DNA of 64,000 nucleotides from an uncultured Clostridia bacterium (lineage in GTDB: Bacteria; Bacillota; Clostridia; Christensenellales; Pumilibacteraceae), in NCBI GenBank assembly GCA_947178255.1, contig CAMWXP010000002.1, forward strand, positions 17,421 through 81,420, read 5' to 3'. How positions within the stretch are numbered: the first letter of the stretch is position 1; each line of letters starts with the position of its first letter. Below, one piece after another: positions 1 through 9,052 of this stretch. The translations under genes were made by a program, and so were the position numbers. The notes beneath the pieces are model-generated. The model was given only the letters and a program-made list of their open reading frames with translations. It was not told the DNA's origin and made no database searches.

Positions 1-18
1 CGCTTTTTTGAACTTCAT
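1..18 (-). CDS. 5' end of a gene running off the window (MKFKKA...)
   Basis: ATG at 18 with GGAGG 5 nt upstream and a consensus promoter at 51-80; only 6 codons visible. Confidence 0.4.
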
Positions 19-50
19 CATTTCCTCCGTTGGGAATTTTAGTAATAGTT

Positions 51-80
51 ATTATACACTATAAAATATATGTTTGTCAA
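51..80 (-). promoter_or_regulatory. sigma-A promoter
   Basis: TTGACA-N18-TATAAT with extended -10 TG on minus strand. Confidence 0.7.
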
Positions 81-129
81 TACTTTTTGTAAAGTAATAT
101 GGTAATATACGTCGCAATACTTTTTACAC

Positions 130-175
130 AAAAATAAATCACCGTATTGAAAGGGGGGAACAATACGGTGATTTA
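130..175 (-). terminator. intrinsic terminator-like hairpin with C-rich loop
   Basis: 15-bp perfect stem 135-149/161-175, loop UUCCCCCCUUU, U-tract follows on minus strand. Confidence 0.55.
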
Positions 176-344
176 CCAAAGGAAGAAAAAGATTGCAAAG
201 AGTAACTCTTTACGTTTGTAATTGTACTACACAAATTTGTTGGTTTTGTGAAAACCGTAAAGAAAGTTCGACTTTTTTTCGTTTTTTTATACTTTTGCGG
301 GCGTTTTTGTGCAAAACGCAGTTTTTTCGTTTTTTGCGTAAACA

Positions 345-374
345 AATAAGGACCGCGTAAGCGCAGTCCTTATT
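345..374 (-). terminator. terminator of amylase gene
   Basis: AATAAGGAC...GTCCTTATT inverted repeat 34 nt past the stop. Confidence 0.6.
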
Positions 375-407
375 CTTACTTATTCACTATTCACTATTAC
401 CTATTAC
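375..407. repeat. variant heptamer array (TATTCAC/CTATTAC)
   Basis: short tandem units directly after the amylase stop codon. Confidence 0.5.
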
Positions 408-3368
408 TTATTTCACTATCGCCGTGCCGTATGCGGGTACGGTATTGCTGCCGAACACAACGTTTCCGCTAACCGTCTTGCTGCCGCCCGAAAAGTTGTG
501 GTACACGGTATAAGTTTTGCCGCCGCCCGTCACTACTATTTTGAGCATGCCGTTATCCTCCGAACAAGTGGCGGTGCCGTTGATTAGCGTCGGGTTGTCG
601 TTACGGAACTTGGTCAGGCTCTTTACGTAGCTAAGCAACGAGTTGCTGTCGTTTAGCTGGTCGGCAACGCTCTTGGTGTTGTTGTTTGCGCCGTTGTCGT
701 AAATGGCGGTACACTTATTAGCCCAGCTGCTAGTCCACTTCATGGACTGGCGCAAATCGTCGTCGCCTCCCTTTTTGCCGACAAGCCCTATCTCGTCGCC
801 GTAGTAGATCCAAGGAAGTCCGGGCATAGTCATTATTACAGCCATGTACAGCTTGGCTTTTTCGGTGCTGCCGCCGATTTGGGCGTTAAGCCTGTTAATG
901 TCGTGGTTGGAGCTTATCATGCTGTTGATAGGTCGGTCACCCCTATTGGTCAAGTATTTTTGCGCGTTGCTGTTGAATTCATTCGCCGCTGCCGCCGCCC
1001 CGCCGTCAAGCCTACCGGGCAAATTGTAATACGTGTTAAAGTCAAACAGCGAATCCATGCCTTGATAGAACGGCGAAACGTCGGTTGTGTTGCCGCTCAG
1101 CTGTTCGCCCAAAAGATAGCAGTGCGGGTATTTGGTTTTCAGCTTGTAATTGAATTCCTTAAAGAACTCGACGTTTTTGGTAAGATTGTAATTGTACGGA
1201 CTGTCGTTTGCGCCGCCCTCGACGTCGCCCTGCGCGTTGTCGCTTTCGTCCCACATGAATACGTGCTTTATGGCGTCCATGCGGAAACCGTCCAGTCCGT
1301 AGCTCATCCAGTACGCCGCAACGTCCACCATGGCGTCGCGCACCGGCTGATAGTCGTAGTTAAGCTCGGGCATGCCGCCGCCGAAGGACGAATAGAAATA
1401 CCAGCCGTCCGAGCTATGCATGCGGTTGCCGCCGCTTTGTTTCCAGCGGTAAAAGTCGCGGTACTTGACGGTCGCCTTGGTGCCGTCTTGGTACGTCACC
1501 TCTTCGACTACGCCGTTTTTGGATTTTTGGAACCACTCGTTTTGCTGCGAAGTGTGGTTTACGACCAAGTCCATTATTATCTTCATGCCGCGGCTGTGCG
1601 CCTCGGACACCAGCCTGCGGTAGTCGGCATTGGTGCCGAACTTGGGATCTATGCTGTAATAATCGTAGCAATCGTAGCCGTGATACGAATCGCTGCTTTG
1701 TATGGGGGTCAGCCAAAGCACGTCCACGTTAAGACCTTGCAAATAATCGAGCTTGCTAGTAATGCCGTTAAGGTCGCCGCAACCGTCGCCGTCGCTGTCG
1801 CAGAACGACGCCACAAAAATTTGATAACCAACGCCCATCTCGTCCCAGCCGTTTACCGTGCTCATAACGGGCAAGTTCTTGGCGTATTGGCGGTTTACGT
1901 TGCTTATGCTTTCGCGCTTAGGTTCGGTGGTGCTGTTTCCGCCGCCGATAGGCGCCGCCGCAACAGGCTTGTTTCCGCCGCTCGACGTGCTGCCTTGCGT
2001 AACGTACCAGTGATAACTGCCGCCCACCTTTTGCGCTTGGGACAGCGTGACGGTATTATCGCCGCCGTCCTTTTCCCAATTAGGCCGCGTTACGATAAAG
2101 TTGATTCTGTTAAGCCCGTTATTGATAGAATCTTTAAGATTGATAGCAAACACCGCGCCCGACGCGTCCTTTGCCACAGTGTTCTTAATTTCCTGATCGT
2201 TGTTGCCGTTCCAGTTGTATATATACCAACCGTCGTAGTCGCCGTTGCTGCGCAAATAGTGTATGTACAGCGTGTCGGAGTCCTGCATGGTCGGCGTGTA
2301 TTCTATTGAAACACCACCGCCCGCCGTCCACTTGGCAAACAGCGTGGTATTTTCCGTTACCGTGTCGACGGCGAAGTTCCATTGTTTTGCGGCGTCCTCT
2401 TCCACGTACCAGCCGCTTACCTCGTATCCGCTGCGCGTCAGCTGCGGCTCGGTTATGGTACTGCCCGCCTTTACGGTTACGGCAGCAGGATTATACGTGC
2501 CCGCCTTGCGCGCGTCAAGTCCTACGTTAAACGTTACGGTAACGTCATTACCCGTGCCGACCACCGTCCAGCGCGCGGAAAGCGTAAGCGTTGCGCCGCT
2601 TACGGTATCGGTATCGAAATTCCACTTGGTGCTGCCGTTGTACCAACCGTCCAGAGTATAGCCCCCGTTTGTTATATTAGGCATTTGCACCTTGCCACCC
2701 TCGTCGATCGTCTGTTGCGGCACGGTCGCCGAACAGTTGGTAACAAACACGACCGTGCATTTGTTGGGCGTGACTTGAATTTTGGTCCACTGCGCACGTA
2801 AAACAAGCGTTTTGCCGCTTACCGTGTCGGTATCGAAATTCCATTTGGTACTGCCGTTGTACCAGCCGTCGAGAGTATATCCCTCGTTGGTTACGCTGGG
2901 CTGTTGTACCTTGCCGCCGACGGTTATCACCTGCGACGCCACGACAGCGGAACAGCCGGTTATAAAGGTGACCGTAGTAGATTCGGGTATTGGTTCGGGC
3001 GGACCGCCTTGCACCGGCGTCCACTTGGCGTACAGCACAAGCGTATCGCCGCTTACGGTATTTACGTCGAAGTTCCATTCGTTTTGCAAATCGGAGTCGG
3101 AGTACCAGCCGCCGAAAACGAAGTCCGTGCGCGTGGGAGATGCGGGGCGTGCTACAAGCTCGCCCTCCTTTATGCTTTGCGACTGCACTTTGCTACCCTC
3201 GCCCACGTAAAACACGACGGAGCAGTACTTATCGTTATTTTCGGGCTCCTTACCGTTGTCGCCCGACGGAGTGCTGATACTACCGCAAGCCGTAAGGCAA
3301 GCGACAACAACCGTTATGACGGCAATAAGCAACGCCGTAAATGCAATAGACCTTTTTCGATTTCTCAT
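408..3368 (-). CDS. lipoprotein alpha-amylase (GH13) with four InlB B/Flg_new-type repeats and a pullulanase-associated (CBM41-like) domain
   Basis: lipobox LTAC; 4 repeats with GWY...W.F.T motif; YIHYLRSNGDYDGW CBM-like motif; GH13 motifs DSDGDGCGD, DLVVNH, GFRMDAIKH, GEQ, NHD; RBS AGAGGG before ATG 3368. Confidence 0.9.
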   Translation of the reverse strand: MRNRKRSIAFTALLIAVITVVVACLTACGSISTPSGDNGKEPENNDKYCSVVFYVGEGSKVQSQSIKEGELVARPASPTRTDFVFGGWYSDSDLQNEWNFDVNTVSGDTLVLYAKWTPVQGGPPEPIPESTTVTFITGCSAVVASQVITVGGKVQQPSVTNEGYTLDGWYNGSTKWNFDTDTVSGKTLVLRAQWTKIQVTPNKCTVVFVTNCSATVPQQTIDEGGKVQMPNITNGGYTLDGWYNGSTKWNFDTDTVSGATLTLSARWTVVGTGNDVTVTFNVGLDARKAGTYNPAAVTVKAGSTITEPQLTRSGYEVSGWYVEEDAAKQWNFAVDTVTENTTLFAKWTAGGGVSIEYTPTMQDSDTLYIHYLRSNGDYDGWYIYNWNGNNDQEIKNTVAKDASGAVFAINLKDSINNGLNRINFIVTRPNWEKDGGDNTVTLSQAQKVGGSYHWYVTQGSTSSGGNKPVAAAPIGGGNSTTEPKRESISNVNRQYAKNLPVMSTVNGWDEMGVGYQIFVASFCDSDGDGCGDLNGITSKLDYLQGLNVDVLWLTPIQSSDSYHGYDCYDYYSIDPKFGTNADYRRLVSEAHSRGMKIIMDLVVNHTSQQNEWFQKSKNGVVEEVTYQDGTKATVKYRDFYRWKQSGGNRMHSSDGWYFYSSFGGGMPELNYDYQPVRDAMVDVAAYWMSYGLDGFRMDAIKHVFMWDESDNAQGDVEGGANDSPYNYNLTKNVEFFKEFNYKLKTKYPHCYLLGEQLSGNTTDVSPFYQGMDSLFDFNTYYNLPGRLDGGAAAAANEFNSNAQKYLTNRGDRPINSMISSNHDINRLNAQIGGSTEKAKLYMAVIMTMPGLPWIYYGDEIGLVGKKGGDDDLRQSMKWTSSWANKCTAIYDNGANNNTKSVADQLNDSNSLLSYVKSLTKFRNDNPTLINGTATCSEDNGMLKIVVTGGGKTYTVYHNFSGGSKTVSGNVVFGSNTVPAYGTAIVK

Positions 3369-3443
3369 AATAATCCCTCTCTGTGAATTATTTAGATACA
3401 ATATAACACCAATCATCCGTTTTGTCAACAACCAACAGTGCGA

Positions 3444-4151
3444 CTACTGCCCGAGCAACGCGGTTTTTCGCATTTTGTGTCGGCGCGCAAGATACAGTAT
3501 GGGCGTATCCAGCAGCGACGTGAACACGAAAATAACATACCCCGACCCGAAAATCGACATGAGCGTAGCAAAGTCGTAAGTCCCCGCAAACGCCAACACG
3601 GTAAACAACAGCGAGTTTATAAGCTGGCTTACCAGCGTCGAGCCGTTGTTGCGCAGCCACAAAAATTTCTTTTTGTCGCCAAACTTCTTTTCGGTAAAAC
3701 TCCACCACTTGTGGTACAGCCATACGTCGAATATTTGACTGACAACGTACACTATGAGCGACGCGCACACTATGCGCGGGGTGGCGGTAAATATCGCGCG
3801 GAATGACGGTAACAGAGTGTCGTTTTCACTCGGCACATAACACAGCCAGCTTGCCGACAAACCCAAAAAGAACAGCGTGGCGAACAATCCTATGTACACC
3901 GCCTTGTTGGCAGCCTTTTTGCCCTCGCACTCGGAAAGTATGTCGGTTATGAGGAATGTGGAAGCAAACAGCACGTTGCCGAGAGTCTGCTCCAAGCCGA
4001 ACGCCTTGACGAGAATAAGCACCTCGATATTGGCAAACACAGTAGCGACGGCGGACACGGCGTACAATCCCGACTTGCCGAACAGCATGTAAGCAAGCAA
4101 CACCACGCCGTAAATGAACACGACGGAAATAATCAACAACAGCTCGTTCAT
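3444..4151 (-). CDS. yhhQ: queuosine-precursor transporter (YhhQ/VUT family)
   Basis: TLGNVLFASTFLITDILSECEG and WLRNNGSTLVSQLI motifs; under a preQ1 riboswitch. Confidence 0.88.
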   Translation of the reverse strand: MNELLLIISVVFIYGVVLLAYMLFGKSGLYAVSAVATVFANIEVLILVKAFGLEQTLGNVLFASTFLITDILSECEGKKAANKAVYIGLFATLFFLGLSASWLCYVPSENDTLLPSFRAIFTATPRIVCASLIVYVVSQIFDVWLYHKWWSFTEKKFGDKKKFLWLRNNGSTLVSQLINSLLFTVLAFAGTYDFATLMSIFGSGYVIFVFTSLLDTPILYLARRHKMRKTALLGQ

Positions 4152-4843
4152 TCGCCCACCCCGAAATCTGTATTGTTAAGCAGTATATCCACCCGCTCGT
4201 CATCCTTATATATAGGATATATGCGGGTGCGGAATGTGTCTATAACGGAACGGTCGGGCTTGACGGCAGTCGAGTTGTCGCACATTATATTTATGCAAAT
4301 GCGTTCGAAGTTGTTTAGCCCCAATTCAATATCACGGAGCATGCTTTGCTCGGTCTGCCCAATAATGCCGAACAGAAAATTCGCTTCGTCAAAGCCGTCC
4401 GCTATTACGGCGGGGTCGGCGTCCTTTATGCCTTTCAGCAAAATGCGCTCGCGCAGGTCGTAGTCGAAGGTCTCCAAGCCCAGCTTGAATTTGATTGTAA
4501 ACTCGTCAAACTCCCGTCGAAGCGCTGCAAGCCTATCCTTATATATATAATGCACTTCGAAGTGAATAACGGAAATGCCCTTGTCGCGGCAAGTCGATTT
4601 GATAAGATCGAGCGTGCGATTGTCCAGCTCGAACACCGACCCGCTGTTTATAACTTCCAGCTCGCCGTACTCGCCCGTCACGTGGGACAACACCTCGGCG
4701 TTGAGCGCAAAGTTGTCGTCGTCGGACGGCGAACAGTCCAAGTGATAGTCGCAAAAGGTGCACCGCTTATACGCACACCCGCGCCCGCGCAGCAACACTA
4801 TTTCGCGCTTGCGCTTTTCCGTAATAACAGAATATCTATCCAT
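4148..4843 (-). CDS. queL: radical SAM enzyme, probable queuine lyase
   Basis: CxxxCxFC (CAYKRCTFC) in REIVLLRGRGC N-terminus; between preQ1 riboswitch and yhhQ. Confidence 0.78.
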   Translation of the reverse strand: MDRYSVITEKRKREIVLLRGRGCAYKRCTFCDYHLDCSPSDDDNFALNAEVLSHVTGEYGELEVINSGSVFELDNRTLDLIKSTCRDKGISVIHFEVHYIYKDRLAALRREFDEFTIKFKLGLETFDYDLRERILLKGIKDADPAVIADGFDEANFLFGIIGQTEQSMLRDIELGLNNFERICINIMCDNSTAVKPDRSVIDTFRTRIYPIYKDDERVDILLNNTDFGVGE

Positions 4844-4850
4844 AGTAAAT

Positions 4851-4882
4851 AAAAAGGGCGTTTGCAACCATCACAAACGCCC
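4851..4882 (-). terminator. riboswitch-controlled terminator
   Basis: GGGCGUUUG/CAAACGCCC stem followed by UUUUU. Confidence 0.8.
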
Positions 4883-4899
4883 GAACCTATCGGTTCATG

Positions 4900-4958
4900 C
4901 CTCCATAGTTTTGATTTAGCGGAATAATCCGCACGGCAGGATGGTTACGAACTGCCTA
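4900..4958 (-). ncRNA. preQ1 class I riboswitch (type I-like) with extra hairpin in L3
   Basis: GGCAG-UUCGUAACCAUC-CUGCC P1/L1, inserted GCGGA-UUAU-UCCGC hairpin, A-rich tail AAAUCAAAACUAUGGAGG; upstream of Q-salvage genes. Confidence 0.88.
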
Positions 4959-4974
4959 ATATTAAATTAAATAC

Positions 4975-5003
4975 ATTATATATAACACTCGCCTGCTTGT
5001 CAA
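4975..5003 (-). promoter_or_regulatory. sigma-A promoter of preQ1 leader
   Basis: TTGACA-N17-TATAAT. Confidence 0.75.
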
Positions 5004-5031
5004 TCGTTTGAGAGGTACCGACACAGTAATA

Positions 5032-5730
5032 TTACTTTACTTTTAGTGTGTTTAGGTACGCTTTGGTGTCGGGCGAAACGCGGAAGCTTTCCCTCGCCTT
5101 TTGGATAGCCTTGTTGTGCACGAACTTGGGAAAGGTTTGATTTGTGAACAACGGCAGCGTTTTGTCGTAATACTTTACAATACATTCGGCAAGCAGCCAC
5201 GCCGCCGCCATATCCACGTAATACTGACCGTAGGTCACGTTATGCCGCAATGTTTCCAAAATTCTGTCTATATACTCGTCGCAAAGACAGCAGGAAAACA
5301 TAATCATTATATAGAACCGCTTTTCGTACTGACCGTCGCTGTCTAAAAGATAACGAAAATCATTCCACACCGTTTGCTTATCCGCCCAATCCAAACAGGG
5401 CGTAACACAGTCGACGTGCGCCCACGAACGGAACATCGGGACAAGCCGCGACAAATATTCGCGCGACTTTTCGTAATCCCCCTTGCGCGCGGCAAGCGCG
5501 CCCGCAAACAGCACCGTATCGTACGACAAATCTTTATCGGCAAAAAATCCGCTAAGCACCTCGTCCCGCGCCGCAATCGGCACCGACTTTGCCAACTTTT
5601 TTATTACGGGCGTGCGTATACCGAGCGTTGGATATCCCTCGCAATTAACTATCGGGTTGTTGAAGTCGTCGTACTTTTTGTCGACGTTTTTCAGTAATTC
5701 GGCTTTGCACTGTTCGTAAGTTTCGTACAT
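5032..5730 (-). CDS. DNA alkylation repair protein (AlkD-like HEAT repeat)
   Basis: LGIRTPVIKKLAK, WAHVD, YYVDMAAAWLLAEC, HNKAIQKARES motifs. Confidence 0.8.
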   Translation of the reverse strand: MYETYEQCKAELLKNVDKKYDDFNNPIVNCEGYPTLGIRTPVIKKLAKSVPIAARDEVLSGFFADKDLSYDTVLFAGALAARKGDYEKSREYLSRLVPMFRSWAHVDCVTPCLDWADKQTVWNDFRYLLDSDGQYEKRFYIMIMFSCCLCDEYIDRILETLRHNVTYGQYYVDMAAAWLLAECIVKYYDKTLPLFTNQTFPKFVHNKAIQKARESFRVSPDTKAYLNTLKVK

Positions 5731-5741
5731 GGTTTATCCTT

Positions 5742-8700
5742 TTACTGCACTTGTGTTAAGTAGCGCAACAAATTCTTTACGTTGTCGAATATGATAAGCG
5801 GGGCTTTGACGGCGGTAAAGGTGCCGCCGAAATTTTCGAACCCGTCCTTGACGTCCTGCACGTCGGTGAACTCGATTTTCGCGCCCGAGCGAAGCAGCGT
5901 AACCGTCGCCGCATTCATAGCGGCGGCAAGGTTTTTTATTAAACCTACGTTGGCGAGGTTACGTATTTCCACGGGAACCGTTTCGTACGCGTCTTTAAGA
6001 CCGTTCAGCAGCTCGTCACGCTCGGCCTCCGACTTCAACTGCGATATTCGCTTGTACAATTCGACGCGCATTGCGCTGTCGCAGTAGTCCTTGGGAATGA
6101 CGGCGGTAAAGTCCACCTTCATTACGGGGTCCTTGTGCTTGGCTATCGCCTGACCCTTGATTTCCGCAACCGCTTCGTTGAGCAGCTTGCAGTACATATT
6201 ATACCCGACGCTTACCATATGCCCATGCTGTTCGGCGCCGAACACGTTACCCACGCCGCGTATGCGCATATCCTGTTCGGCTATCTTTACTCCGCTGCCG
6301 AGGTCGGTGTACCGCGACACGGCGGTAAGCCGTTCGAGCGCCGCGCCGGCAAGATTGCTTTCGCTGCCGTAGGTAAAGTACACCTGCGCCACCCTGTCCG
6401 ACCTGCCTACACGGCCTTTAAGCTGGTACATTTGGCTGAGCCCCATGTTTTCCGCGCCGTACACTATCATCGTGTTGGCGTTGGGTATATCTATGCCGTT
6501 TTCTATAATGGTGGTCGCAACAAGCACGTCCGCCTTGTTTTCGGCAAACTTTTCCATTGCGGCGTTCATAAGCTTTTTGTCCATCTGCCCGTGCGCGTAG
6601 GTAAAGCGTATCTCGGGCATGAGCGATTGAAGCCGCGCGGTATATTCGTCAATCGACGGGCGCGACCCGCCGTTGACGTAGTTGTACACTATAAACGCCT
6701 GCCCGCCGCGCGCGATCTCGCGGGTGACGGCATCGACAATAAGCGCGTCCGAATATTCTGTAACGTACACCTGCGCGGGCAATCTACCCGTGGGCGGCGT
6801 TTCCAGCATGGACACGTCGCGTATGCCCGACATTGCCATATGCAGCGTGCGCGGTATGGGGGTCGCTGACAGCGTGAGCACGTTTATATCCGTTTTCAGA
6901 TTTTTTATTTTTTCCTTGTCGGACACGCCGAACTTTTGTTCCTCGTCGAGAATAAGCAATTCCAGGTTTTTAAACCTGACGGAATTGCCCAAAAGCTTGT
7001 GCGTGCCGCAAACTATATCCACCGAACCGTCGGCAATGCCCTTTAAGGTTTTTGCAGTGTCGCTCTCGGCGCGGGATAATGCTGCGACTTTTACGCCGAA
7101 CTTTTCCATTCTCGCCTTGGTCGTGTTGAAATGCTGGCGGCAAAGCACGGTGGTGGGCGACATAAACGCTACCTGCCCGCCCTGCGCTATCACCTTGAAC
7201 GCGACGCGAAGCGCCACCTCGGTTTTGCCGAAGCCGACGTCGCCGCAAACAAGCCTGTCCATAATTTTGCCGCTTGTCAAATCGTGGAAGCACGCGTCGA
7301 TTGCCGAAAGCTGGTCGGGCGTTTCCGTATACGGAAAGTCGGATGCAAACTCGTCCTCCATTTCCCCGCCGTCGTCGTAAATCTTGCCCTTTACGGTTTC
7401 GCGCCGCGCGTACAACGCCAAAAGGTCGAACGCCATCGCTTTGAGCCGCGACTTGACATTGGCCTTTACTCTTTCGAATTCGGCGCCGCCTATCTTGCTC
7501 AGCTTGGGCGGGTTGTCGGCAAAGTCGTATTTGCTCAACCTGCTCATGTTTTCCACGGGCACGTACAACGTGTCGCCGCCCGCGTATCTTACCGTTATAT
7601 AATCGCGCTCGTAGTCGCCGAAATCGACTGCGCCCACCGCCTCGCAAATGCCTATGCCGTGCGTTTCGTGTACGACGTAGTCGCCCGCCTTGGGCAGCTC
7701 CACCAGACCGACGCGCTTGACCGAGGTGAACGGATCGCGCTTTTTGCCGACGTTGCGCATGCCGATGATTACGGTATTGCCGTCAAAAAACACGCCGCCG
7801 TCCGAAACGGGCTGTATGTACTCGACGTCGTAGCACTCCACGCTTTCCAGTCCTTCGCGCACGTCGGCGCCGACAAGCACCCTTATACCGCGGCTGTTCC
7901 ACGTGGCTATATCGTCTTTTAACTGGTTGAAGTTTTTGCCGTACAGCGGCAGGTCTATGCTTTTCTGCTTGAACACGCAGTCGGGCGAAAAGAATCGGTT
8001 GTTGCTGTCCACCGCGTGGAAGCACAGTCGAAGCCCTTGCGTGGGCGGAACGGACACAAGGTTGTCCGCCGCACAGAACGGCGCTTCGCCCGCCTCGATA
8101 AGCCGCTTAGCGCGCGAGGCGTGTTCGCGGTATGCGAATATGCAGTTGTCGTAAACCGCCTTGGCGTCCTCGGCTATTACAAGCCCGCCGAAAAACTTAT
8201 CCACCGTGGTGTGCGGAAACAAAGAAATGAGCGTTTGCTCGCCGTCGGTGTCGCCCGTTGTAAGCCGTTCCGCCATGCGGTGCTCTATTGGCACGCCCGC
8301 GGTTTTGCGCTTTTCGCCCGCTTTGAGCAGCTGAACGATGACAGGCGCAACGTTTCCGAACACCGTTTCGGTCGCGGGGTACGCGGTAAAGGAAGTCAGC
8401 TTATCCCCCGCGCTTTGCGTGCCTATATCCAATGTGCGTATGCTGTCGCACTCGTACCCGAAAAATTCGATACGCGCGGCGTTGCCGTCGGGCGCGCACA
8501 CGTCCACAATATCGCCGCGCACGGCAAACTGCGCAGGCTCGTCCACGTGCCCGACGCGGGTATACCCCGCCGTAGTCAGTTTAGTTAAAAGCTCGTCGGT
8601 GGGAATGGACTTACCCACTTCAAAGTTCACTGTGGCATTCAAAACAAGCTCTGGGGGCGGTAATAATTGCATAAAGGCTTCGGCGGTTGTTACAACCACG

Positions 8701-9017
8701 TCGCACTTTCCGCTTGCCATGTTGTACAGGGCGCGCGCTCGGTCTCCCGACCTATCGCTACCCGAAACGAGTATAACGTTGTTTTTGGGCAGCAGCAATT
8801 CCACCGCGTTATAGTGCATGGACAGCTCGGTATACGCGGCGCGAGCGGACAAAACGTCGGCGCACACGTACATATATTTATTGAACGCACAGCAAAAAAG
8901 TCGGACGTCCGACTTTGTCATGCCGAACACCGACGCGCGTTTTCCGCCGTTCACCGCCGATATAATATCGGAAGTAACGCCGTTCATGTCGTTTATTACA
9001 CGACCTATACTCCGCAT
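5742..9017 (-). CDS. mfd: transcription-repair coupling factor
   Basis: CarD-like domain (GDYVVHETHGIG), GDVGFGKTEV, DEEQKFGV, SATPIPRTL, QLKGRVGRS, TRCF C-terminus; start uncertain (9017 or 8987). Confidence 0.92.
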   Translation of the reverse strand: MRSIGRVINDMNGVTSDIISAVNGGKRASVFGMTKSDVRLFCCAFNKYMYVCADVLSARAAYTELSMHYNAVELLLPKNNVILVSGSDRSGDRARALYNMASGKCDVVVTTAEAFMQLLPPPELVLNATVNFEVGKSIPTDELLTKLTTAGYTRVGHVDEPAQFAVRGDIVDVCAPDGNAARIEFFGYECDSIRTLDIGTQSAGDKLTSFTAYPATETVFGNVAPVIVQLLKAGEKRKTAGVPIEHRMAERLTTGDTDGEQTLISLFPHTTVDKFFGGLVIAEDAKAVYDNCIFAYREHASRAKRLIEAGEAPFCAADNLVSVPPTQGLRLCFHAVDSNNRFFSPDCVFKQKSIDLPLYGKNFNQLKDDIATWNSRGIRVLVGADVREGLESVECYDVEYIQPVSDGGVFFDGNTVIIGMRNVGKKRDPFTSVKRVGLVELPKAGDYVVHETHGIGICEAVGAVDFGDYERDYITVRYAGGDTLYVPVENMSRLSKYDFADNPPKLSKIGGAEFERVKANVKSRLKAMAFDLLALYARRETVKGKIYDDGGEMEDEFASDFPYTETPDQLSAIDACFHDLTSGKIMDRLVCGDVGFGKTEVALRVAFKVIAQGGQVAFMSPTTVLCRQHFNTTKARMEKFGVKVAALSRAESDTAKTLKGIADGSVDIVCGTHKLLGNSVRFKNLELLILDEEQKFGVSDKEKIKNLKTDINVLTLSATPIPRTLHMAMSGIRDVSMLETPPTGRLPAQVYVTEYSDALIVDAVTREIARGGQAFIVYNYVNGGSRPSIDEYTARLQSLMPEIRFTYAHGQMDKKLMNAAMEKFAENKADVLVATTIIENGIDIPNANTMIVYGAENMGLSQMYQLKGRVGRSDRVAQVYFTYGSESNLAGAALERLTAVSRYTDLGSGVKIAEQDMRIRGVGNVFGAEQHGHMVSVGYNMYCKLLNEAVAEIKGQAIAKHKDPVMKVDFTAVIPKDYCDSAMRVELYKRISQLKSEAERDELLNGLKDAYETVPVEIRNLANVGLIKNLAAAMNAATVTLLRSGAKIEFTDVQDVKDGFENFGGTFTAVKAPLIIFDNVKNLLRYLTQVQ

Positions 9018-9052
9018 TTCGCCCAAACCGTTATACCGTAAATCTTGCTGTC

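Noticed and set aside
139-345. 68-aa Lys-rich ORF, and a 17-aa plus-strand peptide after AAAGGGGGG, as a type I toxin
   Set aside because: Low-complexity products of A/T tracts; not hydrophobic; no convincing start context
2594-2882. Near-identical DNA repeats inside the amylase as a DGR template/variable pair
   Set aside because: Differences are at third codon positions and not adenine-specific; no reverse transcriptase in the window
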